From the IMG/VR virus record IMGVR_UViG_3300028833_000086, positions 1 to 64,000 of that record: a stretch of 64,000 nt of DNA; one strand, given 5' to 3'. This document shows positions 20,907 through 31,496 of the stretch, piece after piece (position 1 is the first letter of the stretch; every line of letters begins with the position of its first letter). The stretch comes from a virus (taxonomy: Duplodnaviria; Caudoviricetes). The translations under genes and the position numbers were made by a program. The notes beneath the pieces are model-generated. The model made no database searches and was not told where the DNA came from. It was given only the letters and a program-made list of their open reading frames with translations.

Positions 20907-22025
20907 TTACTGGGTAATAGTCCATACACCGAACTGTCTATTTGCCTTAACAGCAATAGCCTGTTCGTACTGGAGCTCATACTTACCGATATCGTCAATA
21001 CGTCCGTGCTCTTCGCCCTTCTCGGTGATCTCATCGATCTCAGTTTCACCACGAGTTACGAACTCAACAATCTTGTAGTCATCGCTAGGAAGGATGTAAA
21101 GCTTGGTGTCGTCCATAAGCTTGGTGGTAAGGGTCTTGTCAGCGAATCTCTGAGCAACCTCGATTAGAGGAGTTCCCTCGTACTCGCCGAGTCTTCCCAT
21201 CTGAGCCATTGCTTCCTTCTGAGATTCAGAAGCCCACTGAACATTTGCAAGACCAGTAATCTTTCTAAGAGCGTTAGCGGTACCGATAATAACAGCGCTA
21301 CCATAGAGAGCTCTTACGTTGTCGACGATCTCGTCGAAGTCGTCCTTGGTTGCAGTGGTAAGAGATCCAGTATCTACGAAACCAGCGGTAACTCTGAGGC
21401 TAGATACAGCGTTGCTGATTGCGCCAAAGATGATGCCCTGATTCTTAAGCATGATAGATCTAACAAGCATAGCGATAAGCTTTGCAAAATCTTCCTGTCC
21501 AAGGAGATACTTGTTGATATCAATACCAACAGCTGCGCCGTAGCGAGCCATAGGAAGAGTGTACTTAGATCCAAGTGCAGGTCTCTGAAGAATGTAATCG
21601 TGATGTGACTTACCAACGGTAGCGATGGAAAGAATAACATTCTCATCTTCAACGGTGAATTCAACACCATCTCCATTGGCAATATTTCTGTAGTCAACAA
21701 GCTTGTTGAACCACTCAGACTCGTGATATCCTACATCAAGAGCATCGTCAACGATCTCCTCAACAAGGTCAAAACATCTACGAATCTGTCCACTCTGCCA
21801 TGCGCGCTTAAAATCTCTGGGAGAGAACTTCTTCTCAAGTCCGCAGAAATCAAGTAAAAATGCACGAAGCTTGTCATTAGCTTCTGCTTTTGAAACTACC
21901 TTACCCTCGTCATCAATGATCTGCTCTCCACGATAAAGGTCGAACATGAGGTTTCTGATAGCGTCTTCATTTGTCTCGTGCTTTGCAAATACTGCAAGCT
22001 CATTTTCAGAAAAATTAATTCTCAT
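20907..22025 (-). CDS. Major capsid protein
   Basis: 372 aa, strong codon bias, position after protease/scaffold and decoration genes as in SPbeta-like phages. Confidence 0.85.
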   Translation of the reverse strand: MRINFSENELAVFAKHETNEDAIRNLMFDLYRGEQIIDDEGKVVSKAEANDKLRAFLLDFCGLEKKFSPRDFKRAWQSGQIRRCFDLVEEIVDDALDVGYHESEWFNKLVDYRNIANGDGVEFTVEDENVILSIATVGKSHHDYILQRPALGSKYTLPMARYGAAVGIDINKYLLGQEDFAKLIAMLVRSIMLKNQGIIFGAISNAVSSLRVTAGFVDTGSLTTATKDDFDEIVDNVRALYGSAVIIGTANALRKITGLANVQWASESQKEAMAQMGRLGEYEGTPLIEVAQRFADKTLTTKLMDDTKLYILPSDDYKIVEFVTRGETEIDEITEKGEEHGRIDDIGKYELQYEQAIAVKANRQFGVWTITQ

Positions 22026-22050
22026 AATATATTGTCCTCCTTTCTCTTAA

Positions 22051-22536
22051 TTAGGGAGCGGTGACCTTGAGCTTGTTGCCGTTAACAGTAACGGTAGCGT
22101 TCTCTTTAAGGTCAGTTGCTTTGCTAGTGTTAAATGTGAAAATTGCCTCGGACTCCTCGAATACGTCAAAGAGCTCAAGAACATAACCCTTTACGGTATC
22201 GCCTTTAGCGTTGTAGAATACATCGAGTTGATCAGAGTATCTTTCATCCTCAACGATAGGAGAGTTGTAAAGGAATACAGGAGGATTCTCAACGTCAACA
22301 GCAGTAACCTCTACGTACCAATTTCCGTTTGCGGCAGCGTGAAGCTTACCAACAAAAGCGGTATTTCCTGCTACAAAATTGTAACGATCAAAATCCTTCC
22401 ATGCGCCAACAGAACCGATAACACCATTATCAGTATCAGCGTCTACAAAAATGTTAAGAGTGTGTCCATCTCCGCCACTACGAATCTTAGACGGAAATGC
22501 TACATTATGCTTAGAAACAACAACATTATAAGCCAT
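22051..22536 (-). CDS. Capsid decoration/cement protein
   Basis: 161-aa highly expressed beta protein between scaffold and capsid genes (DNG, FYN motifs). Confidence 0.65.
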   Translation of the reverse strand: MAYNVVVSKHNVAFPSKIRSGGDGHTLNIFVDADTDNGVIGSVGAWKDFDRYNFVAGNTAFVGKLHAAANGNWYVEVTAVDVENPPVFLYNSPIVEDERYSDQLDVFYNAKGDTVKGYVLELFDVFEESEAIFTFNTSKATDLKENATVTVNGNKLKVTAP

Positions 22537-22560
22537 AGTTTATTTTCCCCTTTCTAAAAG

Positions 22561-24246
22561 TTATTTGTTAGAAAACATATTTCCATATCTACCCGAACCT
22601 TTGTTGGATTTTATTTGAAATGCTTTACGGGTAGTCTGTACATTCTGTGCTGCGAAATTAAGAGCATTATTCTTAGCCGCATTAAGCAGAATGGAATCAG
22701 CTTTTGCTTTTACTTCGTCAACTGTAAGCTCGAAATGAGCATCAGCTGCCATAAGTGCCTCGAACTCCTCGCTATCACGTACTGCGGCGTACTCGTCGCC
22801 ATTAAGTACTTCCATCTTAGCGGGTTCGTTCTCGTAGTTCTGAAGTTTGGCAACCATACTATCATAAGAGTTTCTCATAGACTCAAGCTGAGTCTTTTCC
22901 TCTTCGGTTACCCAGACAGAGAATACTTCAACTCTTTCTCCAACGAGAGAATACTCGTCGCCATTACGCTCAAAGCTCTGCTTGTACGCACGACCAGTAC
23001 ACCAAGATTCCATAATCAGATAAGAACTATCTTCATATGCAGTGGTGAAGTAGTAGTCGTTGTCGGCATCACCATAAGTAATATTTACGAGATTGTGAAG
23101 TGCTCTATCTTTCTCATCGAGACTGAGCTCGAAAGTTCTAATTTCCTCGCCAGTCTTAATTGACGCGGTAATATCAGCAACGGGCTTTTCTTCCTCAGCA
23201 GGAGTTTCATCTTCTGTAGGTTTCTCCTCGTCAGCAGATTCATCACCTTCTTTAGGATCAGGAGTACCAGCCTCCTCACCTTCTTCGGGTTTCTCTTCAG
23301 ACTGAGCTTCATCTTCAGCGGGTTTTACCTCTTCATTAGCAGCAAGTTCCTCGCCAAATTCTTCAGCGAACTTTGCTTCGAGCTCTTCATCTGAAAGACC
23401 CTCGACATCGAAAGTTACCTCTTCGGCAGTCTTATTATATTTCTTAAGAAGTTCATCAAATTTCATAAGACTTTCTGTTCCTCCTTTCTCCGAATTTTTT
23501 ATAGACAAACTGTTTTGGAGTTCAGCCACCTGACGTGACAGTTCCTCAAGTTTAGCCTGCGTGTCAGCGAACGAAACCAATTCGTCACGAATGACGATAT
23601 TAGAACCAGCCATGCCAGCCTGTACCTCGGTTCCGTCTTCGAATCTTCCAAGGATGGTAACACCCTTAAAAGTAAAATCAGTTATATTGAGTATATGTGT
23701 TTTTGCATCGTAAGCCATTTCGTTCACGGCCATTTCAACACTTACCTGACACTTGCCTTCGCGTCTTAATATATCGGCGGCCTTAGTGTACTCTTCGACA
23801 ATATAACCATCGACCTCTACAAAATTCTTTTTCTTTTCTTCGTCAAACTTGATATGCGGATCACAAGACTCTGGCAAATAGCCGACGATAATCTCGTCAT
23901 AAACTGTCTCGCCATTTTCTGTGTGCATATCATGAGCGCGAAACTGGAACTCACCCTCATCGTCCTTATAGATATAACCAAGAATAGGTTTATTTATAAG
24001 AGAGGAGAGTGCGTTATTCATTGCCTCGTCGGAGACAAAGCAGTGATTAACGTTTTCACCAGTGTGGCATGCCTGTAAGTGAACAGGGAGTAGATCACTA
24101 TCCTTGTCCTCATCAAACGTCATGTCTGCATTCATGCCAATTAAAAACTGCGTGTTAGTTTCTTTGGCACTAAACACGCAGTCCTTATTTTGCTTTTCGA
24201 AGAAATTATAGAGGTCGGCAAATGTGTGTAATTTTTTCTTTGCCAT
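22561..24246 (-). CDS. Prohead protease/scaffold fusion
   Basis: N-terminal protease-like region (CHTGEN, NKPILGYI, FRAH, VSVEM) plus a long acidic scaffold region. Confidence 0.8.
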   Translation of the reverse strand: MAKKKLHTFADLYNFFEKQNKDCVFSAKETNTQFLIGMNADMTFDEDKDSDLLPVHLQACHTGENVNHCFVSDEAMNNALSSLINKPILGYIYKDDEGEFQFRAHDMHTENGETVYDEIIVGYLPESCDPHIKFDEEKKKNFVEVDGYIVEEYTKAADILRREGKCQVSVEMAVNEMAYDAKTHILNITDFTFKGVTILGRFEDGTEVQAGMAGSNIVIRDELVSFADTQAKLEELSRQVAELQNSLSIKNSEKGGTESLMKFDELLKKYNKTAEEVTFDVEGLSDEELEAKFAEEFGEELAANEEVKPAEDEAQSEEKPEEGEEAGTPDPKEGDESADEEKPTEDETPAEEEKPVADITASIKTGEEIRTFELSLDEKDRALHNLVNITYGDADNDYYFTTAYEDSSYLIMESWCTGRAYKQSFERNGDEYSLVGERVEVFSVWVTEEEKTQLESMRNSYDSMVAKLQNYENEPAKMEVLNGDEYAAVRDSEEFEALMAADAHFELTVDEVKAKADSILLNAAKNNALNFAAQNVQTTRKAFQIKSNKGSGRYGNMFSNK

Positions 24247-24255
24247 TTGCTCACC

Positions 24256-24426
24256 TCACCCATACATAATATTTGAAAACTCCACTTTGTCGTTTTTATC
24301 AAACGTCGTAATGGAGTCATTCGCAAATATATATTCTTTTCCGAACTGTGTTATTAATGAGAAACCTAGCTTTATTAATTTCTGCGCAGTTTCTTCATCA
24401 CTAGTTTTTATAAAAGGTGCATTCAT
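24256..24426 (-). CDS. Small hypothetical protein (56 aa, MNAPFIKTSDEETA...)
   Basis: Read manually; RBS GAGGTG; directly precedes the protease gene. Confidence 0.7.
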   Translation of the reverse strand: MNAPFIKTSDEETAQKLIKLGFSLITQFGKEYIFANDSITTFDKNDKVEFSNIMYG

Positions 24427-24436
24427 TTTTATCACC

Positions 24437-25759
24437 TCACGAATCTGTTAATACATATTGTAACTGCAATATATCACTATCTGTTTTAGGTACTGGTTCT
24501 GCCAAATTATTTACCGTAGCGAGGTATAAAGGATTGGTATAATAATACTTCGGACTAAATGAACCCACTTGATTAATTGAAAGACAATTGTTAATAAATA
24601 TATCGTGTTCTTCTGAAAATTCAGATTTACAACGACTATTATTATAATTGTTAGTTATATATGTGGATCCATTCCATTTATAAAATGTATCATTCACCGA
24701 ATCATACACCACAAGACCAGTTTGTGGAGATGCGCTCGCAGAATAAGAACCACCGACAAATAAATCTGGAGCTATCTTTGCCCATGACGCTCTTGGCATT
24801 GATCTAATAAATTCACTTGTTTCATAATCTACTAAATACGGATAGTTGTCATAAACCGAAATGAACATTTTATGATTAACTACATCAAGACCACCAATAG
24901 AAGTATTAGGAAATCCACCACCAGTAGAAGTTATATTTGCGCCACTATTATTTGTAATTACTTTTTCATCTACGGTATCCGTATCTACGTTATATATAAG
25001 CATGTTTTTTGTGGTACTAACTGGCCAACTTGAACCAATATAAAAGAATACTATTTTATTTTCTTGTGCATACCAACTAATATCACTTGGATATGTAAGA
25101 GTTAGATCGTGTACAATAGTCGATGATGCAGCAAAAATGGTAGCTATATCGACATTAACAGGAGTCTTCGTTACGGTTAATTTACCATTACTAACAGATG
25201 CATTATATATATATCCTTTATAATACAATCCTTGCTTATCAATATTAGTATCAGAATTAATAAAAATCTGATATTTCTTATTTGAGTCTTCAGTACCACT
25301 GGGATTACCATATCCAATAGCTCCACCTAAACTAGATGTCAGACAAACACTATTAATTAATCCATTACCATGAGAAACATCCCATGTGTAATTCATTTCT
25401 AGTCTATTGTTAGATAGGGTATTTGAAACGTTTGTTCCCATCTCTTCTGGATTACCAGAATTAGTAATATTATAAGAACCATTACCAATCATCTTTGTCC
25501 CAGCTGGCATATACTTTTTACCCGACGGAATTGTTTTATCAAATAAGAATACGCCACCAACAACGCTTTGCCACGAATAGCTTCTACCTATTCCGTTGGC
25601 TGCATTACCAAGCTGCTTTACATATTGCGCAATGTTTTCAGGATAAAAAGTATTTTCACTTTCATATACCCTAGTTTCATTACCGTTATCTAATTTTAAT
25701 TTTGTAAATCCCCTAATCTTTTTATTATATTGAGGGGTATAAAAATCAATCATCTCCAT
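24437..25759 (-). CDS. Putative virion fibre/receptor-binding-like protein, paralog B
   Basis: Shares an N-terminal region (GFTKLKL...CLTS..GG.IGYGN) and the C-terminal NPLYLAT.NNL with 25768-27180. Confidence 0.6.
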   Translation of the reverse strand: MEMIDFYTPQYNKKIRGFTKLKLDNGNETRVYESENTFYPENIAQYVKQLGNAANGIGRSYSWQSVVGGVFLFDKTIPSGKKYMPAGTKMIGNGSYNITNSGNPEEMGTNVSNTLSNNRLEMNYTWDVSHGNGLINSVCLTSSLGGAIGYGNPSGTEDSNKKYQIFINSDTNIDKQGLYYKGYIYNASVSNGKLTVTKTPVNVDIATIFAASSTIVHDLTLTYPSDISWYAQENKIVFFYIGSSWPVSTTKNMLIYNVDTDTVDEKVITNNSGANITSTGGGFPNTSIGGLDVVNHKMFISVYDNYPYLVDYETSEFIRSMPRASWAKIAPDLFVGGSYSASASPQTGLVVYDSVNDTFYKWNGSTYITNNYNNSRCKSEFSEEHDIFINNCLSINQVGSFSPKYYYTNPLYLATVNNLAEPVPKTDSDILQLQYVLTDS

Positions 25760-25767
25760 ATCCCTCC

Positions 25768-27180
25768 TTATGTTGTTACTTTGTCAAGTGTATAAGTTAC
25801 CACCATAGAATCTTCATTTGTTTTAACAACCATATCTTGAAGATTGTTTATTGTCGCAAGATATAAAGGATTTTTACCAACACAGATTTTACCATTATAA
25901 TAATCCAAACATGGCATAGTACCAATAGCATCAATCTGTTCATGATACCCATATCCTATGCTATAGTTGCCGCCACTAATATATGTTAGCGGTGCCGAAA
26001 TATTCATAGGATATTTGGTATTATTAATTTCATCCCATAAGCACCACTTACCCTCTGACTTTACCATTTTATGATTGGGTGTTATCGGGACAACAGGAAG
26101 CCACTGGTCATTATTAGATGACGGCGTAGCGTCAACACCAATAATACTACCAACAACCATACTATCACTAATTCTAATTTTATATATAGTACTTGCCGAA
26201 TTTCTTGTGCTTCCATAGTAAACATGAGTGCCATCAAATCCCAATAAATCTCCAGTACTTCTTGTTGAAGTATCTGTTGCCCAAGCTGAATCTGTATTGT
26301 TTGTTATCTCGTATTCGTCAAGTGTTTCATTTTCCATATCTAACACTAGTATTCTACGTGTACTCCCAATAGGCGTTGCCTTTCTTTCTGATATAGCGAA
26401 CTTACCCTTGCCATCAGCAACGAATCCAGTGATATTCATATCGCCACTAAGAGTATTAGTATAATTAAATGTTAATGTTTTTGATTCCGCAAGAACATTA
26501 AGTCTATCAAAAACATATGGAACAACATCTACAGTAACTACTTTGGTGGAATTATTTATTTTAATAGTTAGGTATGAATTATTATAAACAACTTTGGTCG
26601 GACAAGGGCTACTGACACTAGCGCTTCCAGTATCGGCCCACGCTGTATATTGGTCGGTTAATAATCCAATAGTAGTTTTTTGTACGCCATCTTTATTTCC
26701 GTAACCTATATATCCGCCAACTCTACTGGTAAGGCATATACTAGATATATCGCCGTTACCTTGTTGCTGACTCCAATTGTAAACCATTTTACATTCAGTC
26801 GCATCTATAGAAGACTTAACAGCGTCCCATGATCCCATTTCATAAGGAGCGGCATTATTAACAGTGCTAGCGGCTCCATTAGCAGTCATCATTACGCCTT
26901 GCGGCATATACTCACTACCAACGGGAACTGGCATGTCAAATAAATATATTCCGCCAAATAGATATTTCCATAACGGACTCCAAGATCCACGGAATATATC
27001 GGTGTTCCAATTTCCCATAGTGCGGAATTGTTTTTCAATAATCGAAGATTGCACAACATTATCGTCTTCAAATACTTGCTTACGATAAGGATTGTTTAAT
27101 TCAATCTTCGTATGTCCCTTTAATTTAAAATTAAATTTAGGGGCATATATATCAATTGGTTTTACTATTTCTTCACTCAT
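25768..27180 (-). CDS. Putative virion fibre/receptor-binding-like protein, paralog A
   Basis: Paralogous to 24437-25759; beta-rich variable middle. Confidence 0.6.
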   Translation of the reverse strand: MSEEIVKPIDIYAPKFNFKLKGHTKIELNNPYRKQVFEDDNVVQSSIIEKQFRTMGNWNTDIFRGSWSPLWKYLFGGIYLFDMPVPVGSEYMPQGVMMTANGAASTVNNAAPYEMGSWDAVKSSIDATECKMVYNWSQQQGNGDISSICLTSRVGGYIGYGNKDGVQKTTIGLLTDQYTAWADTGSASVSSPCPTKVVYNNSYLTIKINNSTKVVTVDVVPYVFDRLNVLAESKTLTFNYTNTLSGDMNITGFVADGKGKFAISERKATPIGSTRRILVLDMENETLDEYEITNNTDSAWATDTSTRSTGDLLGFDGTHVYYGSTRNSASTIYKIRISDSMVVGSIIGVDATPSSNNDQWLPVVPITPNHKMVKSEGKWCLWDEINNTKYPMNISAPLTYISGGNYSIGYGYHEQIDAIGTMPCLDYYNGKICVGKNPLYLATINNLQDMVVKTNEDSMVVTYTLDKVTT

Positions 27181-27194
27181 CTATATATCCCCCT

Positions 27195-28706
27195 TTATGC
27201 ATTTCTACTTCTTTCACCCGAATCACTTATCTCATCATCGGGTACTTTAGGTCTGCCCCCTTCTTCACCATCGCCACTTTGTGTATAAGAGGATGCTAAA
27301 GGTATCATTTTATCAGGCAGATCGAAAATTTCGTTTTCTAATATTTGCATAGCAATAGTTGCCTTCTCACTTACACCATTAAATGTATTATAAGCAAGTC
27401 TATTACTAAACCCATATTGACATGATTCAAGGAGAGTAGCTTGCAAATCTTCTTTTGTATATATAGACACTTCGAAATACTTCACTGTGCATGGATTAGC
27501 AGCGTCGTATTTAAGCATACGATTTGTAAATCCCTGAATCTGTGGAATAAGCGGAGATATTGCAAACTCTGTTTCTGCCTTAAGCCACGCTTTAAATGCT
27601 GCGGTTGACGTAATCATATTGGCGTTTAGTACAGCACCACCACCAGCAGTACCAAGTAACGTTTTATCACTTTGTTCAAGCCTATCAACATCTTTATCTG
27701 ACGAAGTTGTTGAAAAATCAAGAACATTATCTTTGTCTACATCTGCTGGTATAAGTGAAGCTGCAATATAATCAGGAAGACTTTCGAGCATCCTATTATA
27801 ATACCCAAGCATTAATTCGGGAGATACCTCAAAATCATCACTGCGTTTACTTCCACTTATTGTTTTCATAGGTATGAGTAAAAGTTTATATATGCTTAGT
27901 TCATCAGCAATTGCTTGTAAATCAGATAAATCATTTCGAGAAGCTAACTCTTGAAAAATAGCCATAATTGGCGGCAATACATGGTCGATATCATCTGTAC
28001 GGAATTTAAAGCATGCCGTGTATCTATCGTCCATATGTATCCATCTCTCATTAGTTCTTTCATATTCTTTGTACATCGAGAGAAGGGGATCGCCCAACCA
28101 ACCTAATAATTCTTGCATTGTTTGTGATTTAAATTTACTCATATCTACTGCATATGAATAATCGTGAGAACTATATATCCCGTCAATTTTACACCATGAC
28201 GGATCAAGCGGATAAAGTACGCTTCCGCTATCATCACGATAGAATATTCCATAAAACACATCCTCTCTAAATACCCTGATAAGAGCAGGAAGCATTATGC
28301 TTTGTATATCATACTTATCAAGCCAATTTAGAGTGTCATTATATTGTTTAAGAATTTTTTTGGGGTTATTTGTTTTTGTCAAACTTATATTTGGTACTAC
28401 TTGTCTACATCTAAAATCAAACATGTTAGCGTAGAAGTGTACTAATCTAAAGAATATTTGAGTTCTATAAAACAAATAACGAGCCGAAGTTATAAGGTTA
28501 CCCTCATTACTTGCAGGATTCTGTAAGTATTGTCTAATAAGTTTTCTATCCTTACCAATGATACTTTGAATATTTTGTTTATTCGGATCTTTAATTTTAA
28601 GTAGAGTGTCCTGTGTTTTTTTAAACAACACATCATCAAACTCTAGACGTTCTTTTATCTCTGCTGCCTTACGGGTGTTGCCCGTAGCTTTGGTAGATGT
28701 CGCCAT
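27195..28706 (-). CDS. Portal protein
   Basis: About 500 aa, upstream of protease and capsid; REDVFYG, LDPSWCKI and C-terminal SSYTQSG...GGRP as in SPbeta-type portals. Confidence 0.85.
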   Translation of the reverse strand: MATSTKATGNTRKAAEIKERLEFDDVLFKKTQDTLLKIKDPNKQNIQSIIGKDRKLIRQYLQNPASNEGNLITSARYLFYRTQIFFRLVHFYANMFDFRCRQVVPNISLTKTNNPKKILKQYNDTLNWLDKYDIQSIMLPALIRVFREDVFYGIFYRDDSGSVLYPLDPSWCKIDGIYSSHDYSYAVDMSKFKSQTMQELLGWLGDPLLSMYKEYERTNERWIHMDDRYTACFKFRTDDIDHVLPPIMAIFQELASRNDLSDLQAIADELSIYKLLLIPMKTISGSKRSDDFEVSPELMLGYYNRMLESLPDYIAASLIPADVDKDNVLDFSTTSSDKDVDRLEQSDKTLLGTAGGGAVLNANMITSTAAFKAWLKAETEFAISPLIPQIQGFTNRMLKYDAANPCTVKYFEVSIYTKEDLQATLLESCQYGFSNRLAYNTFNGVSEKATIAMQILENEIFDLPDKMIPLASSYTQSGDGEEGGRPKVPDDEISDSGERSRNA

Positions 28707-28730
28707 TGACAACTCCCCCTTTCACAATTA

Positions 28731-28931
28731 TTATCCAATCGGAGACCAAGTATCCAGCTCTTTGTCGTAATAATATACTTCGCCTGTATCAAGTTCCATA
28801 AACATACTTCCATCTGGGATAAGGTCATTATTGTCAGTAACAGTAGCCCTAGTAGGTTTTACTTCTGTGCTCTTACCAAACAATTCCCAAGTGGATGCAA
28901 AAACCGTATTGAATTTTTTATTAATGACCAT
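28731..28931 (-). CDS. Small virion-associated hypothetical protein
   Basis: DGSMFMELDTGEVYYYD motif; GGAGGTG RBS. Confidence 0.7.
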   Translation of the reverse strand: MVINKKFNTVFASTWELFGKSTEVKPTRATVTDNNDLIPDGSMFMELDTGEVYYYDKELDTWSPIG

Positions 28932-29022
28932 ACTGTCACCTCCAATTATTTGTTCTTCAAGTTATAATCTATATATAAGAGCAGGAGAGGAGCCGTAGCT
29001 CCTCTCCGCAACTCTATTATTA

Positions 29023-29361
29023 TCACATTTGATCGAGTTTCTTCTTCATCTCTTCAATCTGACGAATCATTTCCTCTTTATCCTCATGTCCGCTATATCC
29101 GTCATTGCGACTCATATAACGTCCATCTCTCCTATAACTCCTATCACGAGCGTACTTCATATCGTCGTCATAATAATATCTACGACCGCTATATTCATCA
29201 TCGGAATAATCCTCCATAGCTTCTATGGTTTTAATATCCTTGATAATATCTACTGCCTTATAAGTACGTTCAAGTTCAGTAGGAGATATATCGCCCTTGG
29301 TGTTTATCATTCTGATTTCACCCTTGAGCTTATCACATAAATCATACAGTTCTTTCATCAT
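29023..29361 (-). CDS. Six-gene module, gene 6 (helical protein with R/Y/D-rich segment)
   Basis: AGAAAGGAG RBS; YSGRR...RDGRYMS low-complexity segment; hairpin at 28984-29007 follows. Confidence 0.75.
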   Translation of the reverse strand: MMKELYDLCDKLKGEIRMINTKGDISPTELERTYKAVDIIKDIKTIEAMEDYSDDEYSGRRYYYDDDMKYARDRSYRRDGRYMSRNDGYSGHEDKEEMIRQIEEMKKKLDQM

Positions 29362-29378
29362 TGTGATATTCTCCTTTC

Positions 29379-29831
29379 TCAAGCTATTCTGTCGATAACA
29401 AGATTTGAATTTCGTACCTCAATTGTAGGTGTGGGAGTTACGGCCGCATTGTCAACGGTAGCATCCACATACCTTACAGAGAGACTAAAACAACAGCCTC
29501 TGGGTACAGTAACAATTACTGTGCTAGTTACATTACCAAATTCATCTACAGCCTGAGGTGTAAAAATACCCGTGCTAGTAGGTCGAGGTTCGCCATTAAC
29601 AGATATTGCTGTTGCTATAGGCGTAACAGCGCCTCCCTCAGGAACCGCTATATTACCATTGTATGTAACCTGATATCTTGCAAAACAGTTGCTTGTGATA
29701 CCACGGAGAATAAAAATACCAGTTTCGTCCTCATGATATACACAACCATTAGGACAAGGTATAGACGCCGTGAACAAAATTGGATTGTTCAGTGCTACTG
29801 ACTGAGTAGCATTAGCGAGATATTCTGCCAT
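29379..29831 (-). CDS. Six-gene module, gene 5 (all-beta; possibly BclA-CTD/C1q-like)
   Basis: MAEY start; GIFILRG, YQVTYNGNI, VNGEP and CC motifs; the fold is inference. Confidence 0.7.
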   Translation of the reverse strand: MAEYLANATQSVALNNPILFTASIPCPNGCVYHEDETGIFILRGITSNCFARYQVTYNGNIAVPEGGAVTPIATAISVNGEPRPTSTGIFTPQAVDEFGNVTSTVIVTVPRGCCFSLSVRYVDATVDNAAVTPTPTIEVRNSNLVIDRIA

Positions 29832-29843
29832 AATATCACCTCC

Positions 29844-30764
29844 TTACGCTACGACACCATTACATCCACATCCGCCACCACAGGTGAAGATGGGAGTTCT
29901 GCCATAGACAGGAGTTGAAGGAATAGGACAACTAGAAAGTCTGTTGTAGAGAGCGTCTACCTCAGCTGCTTGAGCATTCTGAATCTGAGAAAGCTGAAGC
30001 TGACTTCTGAGCTGATCGTTCTCTCTCTTGTATCCGTCGAGCTCGAGCTGGCATAACTTGTCGAGAATTGCCTGAGTATTTGCGGTGCTCGTTGCTCTGT
30101 TTGCACATGCTTCAGTTGTGATGGTATACTTTATGTCAGCAGATGCTGCTGCATTATTTGAAAAACCATTGCAAAGCTGTGCTTGAATTGCAGTCATACC
30201 CTGAGTTGCTGCGGTCTGAGCTGCAAAACTTCTTTCCATATCAGCGATCTGATTGTTGCAGAGCTGATTAGAAAGTGCGGCAACACCATCTCTTACTGAA
30301 GTGATGTTGTCATTGAGTACGGTATCTTTGAAACCACTATTCTGTCCACTCATAAGCCAAGGAAAATCGTTTCCGTTTCCACTGAAACCGTTGTTACCCC
30401 AACCAAGAGCGAAGAGAAGGATGATAATCCCAATATGTTACCGTACGGACTTTTTATTCCGTACTTCTTACACTTTCTTTTCGTGTAAGTTCAGCATATC
30501 TTTTCAATTATATATATTTCCACATTGTATATATAACTGTCGCGGTCTCGTGGGTGGATTATATCTTTTCACCACCTATGCGTTGCGTCTGACTGTACTT
30601 AGTACAGCCTTCGACTCGGATTGGCATTTCAGCTTTCCCGTTAAATACCGCGATTTAACGATGGCAGATCTGTTTTACCATCCACAGTCTCCTCCGAAAC
30701 CGTTGCCGTAACCTCCTGCGGGTGCTACGGGCATGAACATGTTGTTTGAATCTGTAAGTGCCAT
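29844..30764 (-). CDS. Six-gene module, gene 4, split by group I intron 3 (exons 30764-30677 and 30430-29844; 224 aa)
   Basis: Splicing restores MALTDS...GGDCGW-W-IIILLFALGWGNNG; Gly-rich N-terminus, hydrophobic segment, coiled coil, CGGGCGC tail. Confidence 0.9.
30431..30676 (-). mobile_element. Group I intron 3 (compact, 246 nt, no ORF)
   Basis: P1 GAUGGU|...GCCAUC with U.G pair; P10 GAUCU/GGAUU; P3 UCGCGGU/ACCGCGA; P7 GCAUA/UAUGC; terminal G; in-frame joining. Confidence 0.92.
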
Positions 30765-30862
30765 AAACATACTCCTTTCTACCGATAACTATTTTCGGTC
30801 ATTGACAATTAACGTCAGATTCTATTTATATCTAATCACTATGCGCATCTTGTGATTTGATA

Positions 30863-31093
30863 TCAGATTTTAAAACCAAACTGTTGTGCTTTTTGTATTA
30901 CACTATTCAATTGGTTTTGAGTCATACATCCGCTATTAAGCCAGTATTGTACTAAACCTTGCGGATCATTCTGATATTGTGACGGGATATTTATGTTATA
31001 TTTAGCTAAAAATCCCGATGGATTAGACATTAACGAATTGAGTTGAGACTGAATTCCATTCTGCATTTGTTCATTGTACAGTGGGTTTGCCAT
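30863..31093 (-). CDS. Six-gene module, gene 3 (Gln/Asn-rich small protein)
   Basis: GGAGG RBS; NPLY...DPQGLVQYWLNSG.MTQNQLN. Confidence 0.75.
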   Translation of the reverse strand: MANPLYNEQMQNGIQSQLNSLMSNPSGFLAKYNINIPSQYQNDPQGLVQYWLNSGCMTQNQLNSVIQKAQQFGFKI

Positions 31094-31496
31094 GCTTATT
31101 ACCTCCATTATTCTTTTGCTGTTGATTTTGCTGTTGTGATTTATTCTTTAAAGAACTAATCACTTCGTCAAATTCATCGCGAGTAATAAACTGCGAGGTA
31201 TCAATCTCTGGCTTAGTATCTTCCGTCTCTATTGCTTCAGAGTAATTAAACACTTTTAATGGTAAAGGCATACCATTTACGTCTACTGCTTTTATGAAAA
31301 ATCTTTTTTCTTCTGAATCAAACAGCACAACGCTTTTACCATTTTGCACTGGATATGCCTTTGCGCCACTATCACCTTGTACCCAAATCATATTTGTGTC
31401 AGGCTGTAACTCCTGATGCTGCGGTATGTTGGGTGTGGGATAATAGTTTTGATAGGGATTATAAGTCGCGGGAAAAGGCGAATTATAAGGTGTCAT
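31071..31496 (-). CDS. Six-gene module, gene 2
   Basis: GAAAGGAG RBS; Pro/Tyr/Gln-rich N-terminus then WVQGDSGAKAYPV...LFDSE. Confidence 0.75.
   Translation of the reverse strand: MTPYNSPFPATYNPYQNYYPTPNIPQHQELQPDTNMIWVQGDSGAKAYPVQNGKSVVLFDSEEKRFFIKAVDVNGMPLPLKVFNYSEAIETEDTKPEIDTSQFITRDEFDEVISSLKNKSQQQNQQQKNNGGNKHGKPTVQ

Noticed and set aside
16261-30764. Pseudogenes or truncated genes at 18385, 19827 and 30353
   Set aside because: All three breaks are explained by group I introns that restore the frame.
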